Below, piece by piece: positions 11,754-23,284 of a DNA stretch of 64,000 nucleotides (position 1 is its first letter; the number at the start of each line of letters is the position of its first letter). Both the position numbers and the translations under genes were made by a program. The notes below the pieces were generated by a model. It was given only the letters and a program-made list of their open reading frames with translations, searched no databases and was not told the DNA's origin. The stretch comes from Amphiscolops sp. MND2022 (taxonomy: Eukaryota), in NCBI GenBank assembly GCA_964187785.1, contig OZ076416.1, positions 930,001 through 994,000 on the forward strand. Reading direction: 5' to 3'.

Positions 11754-14368
11754 TTAAAGCTTAGAGGTACTTGGGTCAGACACTCCTGGGACTATTTCCT
11801 CCGTGGCTGATTGCGTTGTCCCGAAGGCAACTTTACGCTTCTGCTTTCCAGATTTCTTTCGCTGAATGCTACCTGTAGGGGAACTCGAACCGGAAGCAGA
11901 CCGGCTAGATGATGCTGATTTAGACTCATGAACAATAGACTGGTATTTTGCGTGGAGAGTCTTAAAAAAATGGTTCCTGCCTAAGGTGTCCACATGAGTC
12001 CAGGGACCTCCTGCCACATTTGCCGAATTGAACTGCTCCACCAGCTCTCGGAATTTAACGATTGAGTCCTCGTTGGTACACACGGTGATGGCATCAGGAA
12101 CTCGGGCTAAATAAGACTGAGAAGGCAAAAGAACGTCTACCAGCCTACACTTGAGACTCTGTGAGTCAACATCCTGGAAACGGATCGGAGGAAGCAGTGG
12201 GGTATCTTCCGTGAGACAAAAACAACTTAGCCGAAATAACTGATATAAATTAGGACAGCTCTTCAGCTCGGGTATTGAGGACAGTATCTCCCATGTGTCA
12301 GTAAAGCCACCAGGTGATTTCTGCAAACAGGAGTACACTTGTCGGAAATGACCCACAAATTCCATGTCACGGCAATCATCTTCAGAAGACCCTTTTAGCC
12401 AACCTCGGAGACTGAAACTTCGATATAATGCAGCAAAACAAAAGGAACCTTGGTCCAAGGGAAGAGTCAGTAACACACGGGGTCAAAACAAGCCGTCCCC
12501 CTCACTATGTCAGCATTCAAACCAAAGTGCCCGAGGAAAATTTCGAGAACGGTGACGATGTAGCTCCTAGCTCTGGCGACAAGTTTCTCCTTTGCATCCT
12601 CGACAAGTTTTGGCAAATTGGCAAATTGGGGATTGGTCCTTCCCTCTCCCCATTATCTCTTTCTACTTTGGCAGTAGCTGCTGCATCTAGGTCTTGCTTC
12701 AGTCGTAGTCTGGTAAGAAAGTTCCTGGTGGACAGCTGGCGGAGTTCAGCGGTGCGCAGCACTGGTAGTTGAGTCCAATCTGTGTCTTTGGGCAAATGCT
12801 TGGGAAGAAGGGAACGGTAGCACAACTTACGGACGAAATTGTTCAACTGCCCAAAATCTCGGTGCCCTACGAGGCTTCGTTCAAAACAGACGTTATCTAA
12901 ACAGAAGAATTCAATAACCTATCAGCGCGGCAACTATACACTGAGGTGAAGCCTAGTGCCCAGGAGGCTCTTTATCAAGTGCAGAAAATGGTAAAAGACA
13001 CTTACAATCATAGACAAGCCTTCCATAGAATTCCAATTTGATTGGGAAAAAGTCGTCGATGATGATTTGCCACTCCAGACTTTGAGGCTGAAAAGAAACC
13101 CTTCGGGTCACAAAATGCGAAAAAGATAGGATAATAGAGAGTTAGTTTACAATGAACAATTATGTAACCTTGTCTCTAACTCCTTGCATCTCATAGGTAG
13201 GTGCAATCTTGGTGATATGGTCAAAAAATGGTTGCCAGTTAGTAATGATCTCGGAACAGATGGACGGGATGGACCGGACCCCGAGGTCACAACTGGATAT
13301 TGCCTAGAAACAACAAATCTCTGGACCAACTTGTAAAGTGCAAACAAACAACAATCACGGTCAACAAAACTAACTTTAGCCAACTCTGGAGTACGGACAA
13401 TCCATGGCTCATCTAGGCTTCCTGAAAGATAGACCACCAAATATCTGAGCTGAGTGTAGATGTCGATGCGTCCGAACACACTCCCTTCTCGCTTGTGCAT
13501 AAGTTTGTGAAGGTACAAGACTTCATAGCCGAAAGGGTGTTCAATTCCTTTCTTCAAGAGGGTCGACGGCTGAACCGCCTGAAGTACTTCTGACGTGCAC
13601 CCGGACATGCACACTCTTTGAGGTGATGTTAAGAAGAAGGACATCAAGCGCGCGACAGCCAAGAGTTGGTTTCGAGAAGGATAAGAGGATGTGCTATGTC
13701 GACAAAGTTGAATTTTGACTAGCTGATCGGCTTTCCAGTACCGCAATGACACAATCTCCTGGGTTCCCTGCTGTTCGAACTCGAGAGCGTACAATCCCGT
13801 CTCATTTATGGACTGTGCCACATCATGTATCCCGCGTAAAAATACGTGATGGATTATAGCCTAAAATAGTAAGACTTGTGTGAAAATCAATAAATAGTCA
13901 CCCAACAGCCCAATCTCTTCCTCAACCAGACTTAGTCTCCTTACCGTAAAAGAAAATGAAAAGAATGAGATTTATACGTACTGTAACCATGGTCGGTCCC
14001 CAGTCTAGGTCACCGAACATGTCCTGGTGATTTGTGAAGTCGCCCATCTCAATCCACAGTCCTTCAAGGAGGGTATCTGACTCTGAGGCTTTAATTGGAG
14101 AAACTCCGTGTAGTTCAGGCTGGGAAGATTGCTCGGGTGCCGGAAGGAAAGAAATGTCCAAGCTATGATCATTCGCCGCAAGGGTACGCAAAGTTGAGTC
14201 AGCAAAGGCAGTTAAACTTTCTTCACTTTTGCCGCTGCTGGAAGACATGTTGGATGGCGGACGAAGTGTCAGATTATCTTCTTTGGTAAGAGTCAATTAT
14301 CTGTTGAGGACGTCATGATCCTTGTTCTGAGGGGGTGTTGTTTCATCAAGGCGCTCTTCTGACGACAT
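11754..14368 (-). pseudogene. Spliced antisense accessory gene of element A (5 coding exons, about 740 aa), hAT-transposase-like, lightly disrupted
   Basis: Exons 14368-13982, 13860-13375, 13303-13169, 13087-13006 and 12896-11754. GT-AG introns of 121, 71, 81 and 109 bp have matching phases (0,0,0,1). One stop at 14297-14299 and two frameshifts in the last exon. Confidence 0.85.
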
Positions 14369-15582
14369 TCCTGAAGGAGAGAAGAGATTTAGCGGATAAA
14401 CTTCTTAATTTTGAAATCCCATGTGCCGCTATGAAAACCTCTGGAAGTGAAAATTTAAATATGAAACACGTGAAAGATGTGTTTATTGGGACAGGAAGTG
14501 TGTGAACTGAAATAAACCCTGATCAAGTTTATTTAGTTCAAAATGGGAATAGAATTCACTCACCAATTATTGAGGATAAGCTCTGGAAAAGATATATCGA
14601 CACGAGTTGTTCAACGTTCAGCAGTGCAGAAGAAGGAGGACCTCGTAGTGACAAGGGCTGGATTGCAGAGACTGGGAGTCGTCGGGTCAAGGAATCCACA
14701 GATAATCTGGCAGGTTGATGGTGAGTGGACAAGAAGTCCCAAAGGAGTTATGTGAATATCGAAGCTTCAAATAAGTGCAGATGAATCTGACTTGAAGACT
14801 AAATGACGAATGTTACCGGAGACAACTATATGTAGAGTAATACAAATTAGGAAATAAATAAAAGAAGATTAATTTATAAAGAATTGAGAATGGAATTGGC
14901 GATGTGACAAGATGTCGAAATTGGAGTTCGTGGCGATACAGTTTGGTGTCAAATTTGTTGTTATTTACAATTCACGAAATTATGTGGATAAAGTCTGCCA
15001 GCGGTATCTACATCAATTCATTTATTTCGAAAACTTTGTTAATTTTGGGAGTTATTTAATGATTTTATCATCATTTTATTCAGGTTTCAAGGTCATTTTG
15101 TATTATTCCTTATATGGATTTACGACCTTGGGAAGCCATTTTAACTTGGTCGAAATTTTGCTGCATTCCTATTGGTTGATCTGATTGATGGTGGACGGCG
15201 TGGCCGATTGCCATATCTTCACCTACTTGAAACTCTCAAGTACCTGATGAGTGGTAATAAACACTTGAGGTAACACTCCTAACTTGAGAGTGCTAGCATA
15301 ACTGATGATGATCAACAAAGTAATTGTCGGCAGATATAAAGCGACTTAGCGGCTTGATGAAAGGTTTTGAGAAGAGAAATTTTGTTATTGAAAACTTACC
15401 AGACGGGAAACGAAGCTGAAAACCCGGGAAAAGAAAACCCGTGATATGGTGAGAATCCCGCGAGGCGATGAGGAGAAGGATCGCGATTCATACGATTTCA
15501 ACCGCCAAAATCAGCTGCCTCCGAACCTTAAATACTTGAGTTTCTTTTCAAAAATTGCCAAAAAATAATAAAAGCTAGAATC

Positions 15583-16322
15583 ATGTCTGACTTTTCTGAA
15601 ACATTCCCTATGGACTTCCTGGGCGCTGCTCAATCTGAGGGAGCCCTGCAATAATATACATTTCAAGCGATGAAGATGAGAGAATGGATTCCATCGACGG
15701 TGACTCAGTAGACGACTTCTATGTCTCATCTGAAGAAGAAACGCTGGATATCGAGATTATGGCGAGATGCATAGAGACACAGCTGACCGAACCCATTACT
15801 AATCCCAGCGCCGAAACACCAGGTAATCAAGCTAGGTGCGGGACGCCTAAGCCAGATTTGCCGCCCTTCCCTACATTCACACAACTGTTTTTCAACCTGG
15901 GTATGGGCAATGGGCCTATCGGACGGGATGCCCGAATTAGACCCAATCATCCCATTAATATTTGTAGAGATCTACGACCTAATATTGATATCCCAATGTC
16001 GCCACCGCCAGAAGATAGAGGACCATCCTACGAACTAGATATACCGAGTTGCTCTCATCCGACAAGCTCTACTTCAGTTGAGTCTGTGGCAAATCACTTC
16101 AATGAAATTTCAGTGTCTGGACACGCTGGCCTGTTGGGCTGTTCAGACTGCGTGGTTTGTGGGAAGTCAGTTCAACAAATACAAGATGAAGCAGTCAATG
16201 ACTATCTCGACAAAACTGTTGTGCCAGGTGAGACGTTAGCTGAAACCGAGAGAAGAAAGAGAGCTTTCCTGGACGGAATGGCTGCTGGCACGTTTTTACT
16301 CATGTCAGGGGAAGTGTCGTAG
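15583..16322 (+). CDS. Short acidic, Pro-rich accessory ORF of element A ending inside the 3' LTR
   Basis: Track ORF 15684-16322 (212 aa). Probable true start is ATG 15583, with one frameshift near 15640. Contains IIYISSDEDE and CSDCVVCGK. Runs through the PPT and stops 8 nt into the LTR. Confidence 0.65.
16306..16314 (+). promoter_or_regulatory. Polypurine tract of element A
   Basis: CAGGGGAAG directly abuts the TG of the 3' LTR. Confidence 0.8.
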
Positions 16323-17760
16323 GCGGCCGTCTGCGATGGTAACTGGTACACGGTCACATATGGTTATTGCAGGGCCCTACCCGGAAAAATTCCACTAGAT
16401 TGAGGAAATACCAGCAGTTGAGCCAACAAGTCCAAGAAGTCCAAGGCAGACATAATTGAAACTTTTACGATAAAACTGTTTTGTATTACTGGTTTGTGTT
16501 ATAACATGTAATTGCATACAGTTCAACCAATCACATGTGATTCAACCAATCACATCTCAGCATTCAACTGAACACTCTAATACAGCGCTACTATTAGAGG
16601 ACACTATGGCCACGCGCCGTTTTTTCTCAAACATTGATATACTCGCTAAGGCGATGGGAAAATGAGTCCAATTTGACTGGTGCTTTCATGATTGTAGTAA
16701 TAAACTTAATTTGAAGAATAGTGTTGCGTACAATTACATTCTTAAAAATAAAGGTGCTATATTTGATGCCCTCGTTCGGCTCAAAAGCCGTATTTGGCCA
16801 AATTCCAATTTCTCCTGTCTAAAGTATATGCGAGTGTGATCAAAACATGTAATTATTGCATGAATGTTACACGCAGTGTTGCCTTCATAATCATAAAAGT
16901 GCAGTTGTCCCTTAGGGACGTTAGTTGAAATAGTGAACGAGGCGGTGTAACGCATTTGATATGGCCAATAGGTCATTACGTCATGTAACCCGTAAATAGG
17001 TGATGCTATTTTTAGATTAATATTTTACTATTTTTAGAACATGACAGTTATTTTTTCGATAGTCATGCAATCTATCCTATATATACCCGGGTCTCTTGGA
17101 CCGGGGGACACAATTTGATAATATATGCAGCCTATCAATTGATCTTGTTTTGTTTAAAGATAATCAATTCTTACCTCTTGCAATAGTCTCTGATGCCTTC
17201 CACAAGGAAACAAAAGGCGAAAGCTAGAAAGTCAAGGGAAATGGATATGATGTCTGATTTTGAAAATATGGATGTAATGATTGGGAATGAAAACACCAAT
17301 CCTATCGAACGCGAACTTTCAAACATGATTGGAAATGAAGTAAACAATCAAGGCATTGAGTCCAATCCCCAATCTTTGCAGTATGAGACTCAAGAAAATG
17401 AATTTGGACATTACGCTCATGAAAATGCAATTCCCAGACAGGATAAGGTTCGAGAAACACTAGAAACTTTCACTAGCGATTTTAACATGAGACTTTTGCA
17501 AATAATGGATTCAATGATGTCATTAATGCATATTCAGATAAACAGGGCGTTTAGCACGGCCATAACCGAAAGATTAAATCCAGAAATTCAAAATATAGTG
17601 AGTTCGATTTCATCCTCAGGGAACCGAGACACTGACACCGGTTCGTCCCTTAATAGTCAGGAAGACGCTGAAACGAACAATGGGTTTAGAAATAAAGTTA
17701 CGAAAAAGGACTCACGGTCTACTGGCGACCTTAGAACACCTAGAGACAGTAGTACTTACA
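16315..17760 (+). repeat. 3' LTR of element A (1446 bp)
   Basis: TGTCGTAGGC...ACTTACA, followed by TSD TCGTT. Confidence 0.95.
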
Positions 17761-17780
17761 TCGTTAGTATTGAAACTTGA
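17193..17780 (+). CDS. Open copy of the Gag N-terminus in the 3' LTR, reading 20 nt into the flank
   Basis: 195-aa ORF MPSTRKQKAKARK..., the LTR duplicate of 1495-2062. Confidence 0.7.
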   Translation: MPSTRKQKAKARKSREMDMMSDFENMDVMIGNENTNPIERELSNMIGNEVNNQGIESNPQSLQYETQENEFGHYAHENAIPRQDKVRETLETFTSDFNMRLLQIMDSMMSLMHIQINRAFSTAITERLNPEIQNIVSSISSSGNRDTDTGSSLNSQEDAETNNGFRNKVTKKDSRSTGDLRTPRDSSTYIVSIET

Positions 17781-18979
17781 TCAACATTACGACGCATAAC
17801 CCTACACTTTTAGTGCGGCTCAAAGTTGAGCCGTTTGAGCAGGGGGTCAAGCTTTAAAACATACCAACCGCAAAGAGCTGAATTCGCCGCGCGGAATTCA
17901 GGGACTAATACCGCAGTGTTTAATTTCTCGCGTTTTCAGTTGACGATAAGGCAAATCCGCGAAATCCGCTGCATTGGTTCGCTCAAAATCGTGGAATCCG
18001 CTGTTAACTTGAAGAGCTACTTATTGGAACATCCGGGAAATGAACAAAATTTGTATAAAGACACCGACAGTTGAAAAAATGCACATTGATTTCCGGGCAT
18101 TTTGAATGTGATTTCCACTGCATACATGCCAGATCTCTCTTTCTGAGGCATCCTGAAAGAATGGTTAATTTTATTTTGAACCGAATAGACGTACATTTTA
18201 GAATTACATTACATATTATTAGAATGACGTATTACAAAAAACTGACTGGTCAAAAATGGCATTAGGTCAAATGCAGTAGGTCGTTTTTGAATAAGAAGCC
18301 AGAACTTTTCCCTCTAATAAAGGACGACGACCTATTATTTCGTCGCTTATCAATGTGCCCTTAATTGCTTTTGTAAACAGTCAAAACACCCGCAAAAACT
18401 ACACAAATAAGGTAAAATTTGAGTAGATTTTGAAAATTTTGACAATTTCCAGCTGTTTCTGAAACATTGCGAACCACTTTTGATGATTTTTTTCCGGAAA
18501 ACATCAAGAGTCATCAAAAAGCTCGACATAATTCTTCTCTATGGAACTGGAATGATGGTAGTCAAATTCGGTGGTTTCTCCCATACAATTTTGGCAGAAA
18601 ATTGGACTTGGCTTTCACATGACCACCATTTAGAGTTCACATATTCAAATGACAAACTTTATCTGTGTCGATTTGTTTGAAAACCTTCAAAAAAGTTTTT
18701 CCACTTTTAGCTTCCACAACGAATTTTAACTAATGCCGATTTATCACCAAGATCAACATAACACCTGGTGCATATCACTCTCATATGTGGAAGATACTGT
18801 ACTCGACAGATAGATTTTATACATTCCAAAAACTGGACAGAACTACCCAAATTTGACTGAAACTGACTATCACAGATGAAACAACGCCCAACGTTAGGCT
18901 GAACCGTGAAAGAACCGACGGCTCGGTTCTGTCTTGGACGACATCACTGTAGAGACTTTAATAATTGAAATGTCTTGAC

Positions 18980-19107
18980 CTGCAAGAATCTTGCAAGAAA
19001 CGTCTGATCTGTCAGAATGTGATAGGCTTGTCTGAAATGTAAGATACTTGCAAGATTCTTGCAGATAGTGTCTGATATATACCACTTCTGCAAGATTCTT
19101 GCAAGAA
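18980..19107. repeat. Three copies of the palindrome TGCAAGA-W-TCTTGCA, including an 18-bp perfect inverted repeat
   Basis: Copies at 18981-18995, 19049-19063 and 19089-19103. 18980-18997 is the reverse complement of 19047-19064. Confidence 0.85.
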
Positions 19108-20157
19108 ATGTATGGGAGTTCGACTGAGGAAGTGATACAATTGAAAGCAAACAAGCCCACATTTTGTCAAGAGTTTGATATGCCGCCCAAAACACTACCC
19201 ATCAAAGCATCTTACCTTTGTTGTGATGAACATCTGATGAACACCGTGAAAAAAACATTGAACAAGAAAGAAACAACAAATTCAAAGGTTTTAAACAAAA
19301 TGATCTGCTAATCTCAAAACGTATCTCCTGTATCAACGGCAAAACCCCCTAAAACTCATCCGGGAAAAAAGTTAATTATCAAAATAGCAGCCATGGTGGA
19401 AAAGATCACCCAAGATACAGACAATGAACCGTAGACAATGTCCAACATACCATTAGCGTTAGCGACAGATAAAGAGAACAAAGAACGGTTGATACAACAG
19501 GAAAAAAGGCAAAACATAAGAACCAAACGTCCCAAAAAACAACGGAGGATGCTGCGAAAAGCCTGCAAAAGACGTTACATGTAGCAACTGCCAAAAAACT
19601 GTGCACTTTGTCACAAGCAAAACGAAAGTGACAGCAGAAAAACAATAAACTCCATAACCATCGTTAGTATGGGCGAAAGCTACATACAAAAAAAATCAGC
19701 ATTAGTTAAAAACCAGCACATTTACACCAAACGAACGACCACTATGGGGTGAATGTTGGAAGAACCGACACACCTAAGATTTCCTGCAGACACGGGATTA
19801 CCAGAAGCAATTATACCATTCAAACAGAATATATGTTGACGAATGAAAAAGAAATAACAAAAATTCAGAGACGTTAACAAGCGCGGAAGGTAACACGTGC
19901 CCGAATGTCTCTTAAAACGACCACAAGCAAAACTGCTCTGCTAAAACTCACACCAAGACACTTATCATCTACTACGCATAAACTGACGACATGAAGGACT
20001 GCCTAATGCAATCAACAAAAAAACTATTAGAAGAGAAACAGTAACTCACAGTAGATTTTCAAGAACTTTTTCAAACTATCAGATCTAATCTTTCTACCAA
20101 AAACGTAAAAACGTAAAAACATCAGTCAACTTTTAAGGGTTACTTGGAACAACACTA

Positions 20158-20885
20158 TGTAACGGCACCCTATGACCGACAAAATTTTCGAAGTTTGACG
20201 ATTTTCTGAAAATTTCGTTCAAAAGTGACGTGGCCCTCAAACATGAATTCACGAGGTACCAGTCCCGCAAAATCGTAAAGAGCGTGGACAAGCAAAGCCC
20301 CCGAGGCGAAAAAAAAACGACACGGACGGTAAAAGAAGCGTGTAAAACGTCACAGAACCGAGAAATCAGAAGCCCATGCGCTAATTTCCACGGTGCCCAT
20401 CGTAAATCAAACGGAACCAGCATGTCCGAGTGATTGCAGCGCCCGGACCCAGGGTTGCGCCAGACCCGAGAACCAGTGCCATGCCGCCTAGAGTGATTTT
20501 AGATTGGCCAAACTGGATTTTCATGCTTTTTTAATGTGTTCATTGATTTGTTTGATGAATTTTTTACTCGAGAGCTACCTTTGTTAATGTTGATGTCATT
20601 TACGAAGGATTTCCATCTGGACCATTTAATTCAGTTCTATGCAACTTAACCCTATTTTTACAGGCTATTTACACAGTGGAAAAAGCGTATTTCATGTGAC
20701 TAGTAGTAGTTACAGACCGGAATCGGTCAGAAAGCATCCATAAAAACGGTTCTTCCTTCTCGGGACCGGCATTCCCTAGGAGGACAAAATGAACTGGAAT
20801 CATGGCGATTAGTCCTGGATCATTACCCATGGCTTCAGTTCCTCCACCCTGCGTAGCGAACAAACGCTAAGCGCTTTTCGTTACA
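20158..20885 (+). repeat. 5' LTR of element B (728 bp)
   Basis: Direct repeat of 45620-46354 with TG...CA ends. Confidence 0.95.
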
Positions 20886-20901
20886 TAGGAACATCATTTT
20901 T

Positions 20902-20918
20902 TGGCGACCACAGGGGGA
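20902..20918 (+). promoter_or_regulatory. Primer binding site of element B, probably tRNA-Arg type
   Basis: TGGCGACCACAGGGGGA lies 16 nt after the LTR. TGGCGACCAC is complementary to the GUGGUCGCCA end of a metazoan tRNA-Arg as I recall it; host tRNA set not checked. Confidence 0.65.
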
Positions 20919-23284
20919 TCGTCTTTGGGAAGCTTTCCTTCATGGTTTTAAAATAACTGACTCTCCGGTGTTCAGCGCCAAGACAGTTTCGACTCTGAAG
21001 GAGAAGCCAGAGGTTTGCTCCTATTTTAAACGATTGCATGTATTCTTGGCCGCTAGAACGAAGGAAACCCAGAAATCCCGAAGAAAATGTGTTTTCAGGT
21101 TCGAAAACGGCATTTTGAGAATGAAAAAACAGTAAATGCGTGTGTTTGAATGTCATGTTATGTCAGCCCATCAGCGGGTATTTGTTTTACAGGTAATGGC
21201 CTTCGTAGCACGTGGCTACGCGTGTTAACCGGTATTTGAAGCTATTTTCAGCTTTTTGAGCCATGTATGACAGGTACCGATGAGCGACAATCTATACTCC
21301 ACCAGGGCGAAGGGGATGCGAAATGGAGTGTCTGGGTTCGTCGATTCCCATTTCTCGAGGAGACGTTCGCGCGGCGTGAAAGTTGGTGGACAGAGAGAAC
21401 TACTCCTAACGAATCTAATGGTCCAAACCGCAAGTCACTGGCTGGTCTGGCATGGGGAAATTGCGTGGCGATGATGCACCCCCTGCATCAGCGAAGTCAC
21501 CCAGATGGATCATGGTTCGCGAAAATTTTGAAATTGCACCTTTCTTCATGGGGAATCGTTGGTGCAGGTCAGTGACTCTTTTTTACAATGTAACGTCACC
21601 CAGTGGAAGGATTTTGAGCGAAGAAAACAGAAATTTTTGTAAAAAAGGACGAATTTTCTTGTTTTCGAGCATTTTTTTTTGTTGTTGTCCAGGCACTCCG
21701 TAAATCCAAATTAGCACTGCCAGTATGGTGGCAAAAGTAGCCTCGAACCTTGAGAGAGCTGAGAAAAATATTGCTCAATGGTTCTCGTAACCCTTTTAGG
21801 TGAAAGAGTGGAAATTTGAAGTAAAAAAAGCGCGAAAATTGGGAAAAAGGGTGGAAAGGACCCTAAAATCATTATGGCACCTAAGTGTAGATGCCTGGGG
21901 CACTGCTGTAAAGAAATGTCTCGAGTGAACTACAACCTCAGGGTACTGGAAATAGCTTTTGCTAATCGATTTACTGGTGTAGAGACCAGAAAAAGGTGAA
22001 ATTCTTGTAATTTTGGCTGTTTTTCACCCCTAGGGAGTATAGTGTTAAAAGCCCGATTAACCAGACCTCTAATCAACCCCAAGAGCCTGGGCGCTCTAAT
22101 TGTTTGTTTTTGCAATAAAAATAACGCATTGTGGTTAAAACCGCGTGCAAAAATTCCTATTCAGTGCTGAGAAAATTGGAAAAACGCACTGAATTTGATC
22201 GAATTTCCACAAAACACCGAACAGGTACTGCCAGTCGAAAGTTGGTGGTACTGCTACGACCCGTGAAGCAACACGTTAACCCTGCCATAACGTTTGTAGT
22301 CTCGATCTTCTTCGCCGATTTGTGAAAAAAGTGTCAAAAAAGACTTTTTTTTAAGTTGTGTCCATACCTAACCGAAGTCCTCTGCAAGCCCAACCGCTGC
22401 AATTGGACGGTCCCAACGGTATTGTAGGTACCTACCGGCAGCGTGTGCCAAGTTTTGTGTCGATCGATACGATAGTCATCGAGAAATAGCGCGAAATGCA
22501 CCGCTCAAAAAGGAGTTCGAAAAGAGCATTTTTTCAAAATTTCTCGGAGAGACCCAGACACCTTAGCTGGACAGCGAGAACGAATTGTCGCTCACTGACA
22601 TAACCGGCACAGGTTGGCACGCAGGAAGCGAAAAAACCAGACTGCTGACCGTAACCAGTGTTCAGAAATTGTGTAATTAGAATACATTTTGACCCCTTTT
22701 GATACAAAGGAGTACCGCACGTCTGTGTTCAGTGGAAACTGTGTACAAGCGCCGGAGCCCAAATCGGTGCTCGATTCTATGTACCTACGTGTGTGTAAGA
22801 TCCCTGACCAAATTTGAGCCAACTCCGACCACTAGGCGACGGAAACGGGCCACTTGTGTTAGTTTTGACACTGTTCGAGGAAAGTCAAAAATTGTTGTAA
22901 ATCCTTCTTGACTGTTTCATAGATAGTTTAACCCCGATCTGAGTTCGTTTTCCGGACTTGTGTGTGAGGACCTACTACGTGTGCGATTTTGAGCCGCTAC
23001 GGCACTTGGAAGCAATTTCGACCTTCGTAAGGCATTCTGTAGTTGAAAATTGCTTAAGTCCACACCGAGACGACTGGAGGCCTAACATAGCCTAATACAC
23101 TTCAGTGGCCTCTGGGAACGGATTGGGTGAACTCAGAACACCTCAAAGTCAGGTTGGACGCTTGTCATACCGGCAACGCTTTTAGGGATAGGTACGGACG
23201 AACGGCAGTACGGCCCAGTAACATAAAACTGGGGATACTGGTGTATCATCTTGTGACGTATCTTAGATCAACGGGTGAAGCATC

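Larger units (their letters stand above)
481..17760 (+). mobile_element. Full-length Ty3/Gypsy LTR retrotransposon A (decayed), with accessory genes
   Basis: Direct repeats 481-2062 and 16315-17760 start TG and end CA. Identical 5-bp TSD TCGTT at 476-480 and 17761-17765. PPT precedes the 3' LTR. Domain order gag-PR-RT-RH-INT. Confidence 0.97.

Noticed and set aside
19099-19840. Possible old gag/protease remnant (CALCHKQ, FPADTGLPEAIIP)
   Set aside because: Too many stops and no complete CCHC or flanking pol motifs.
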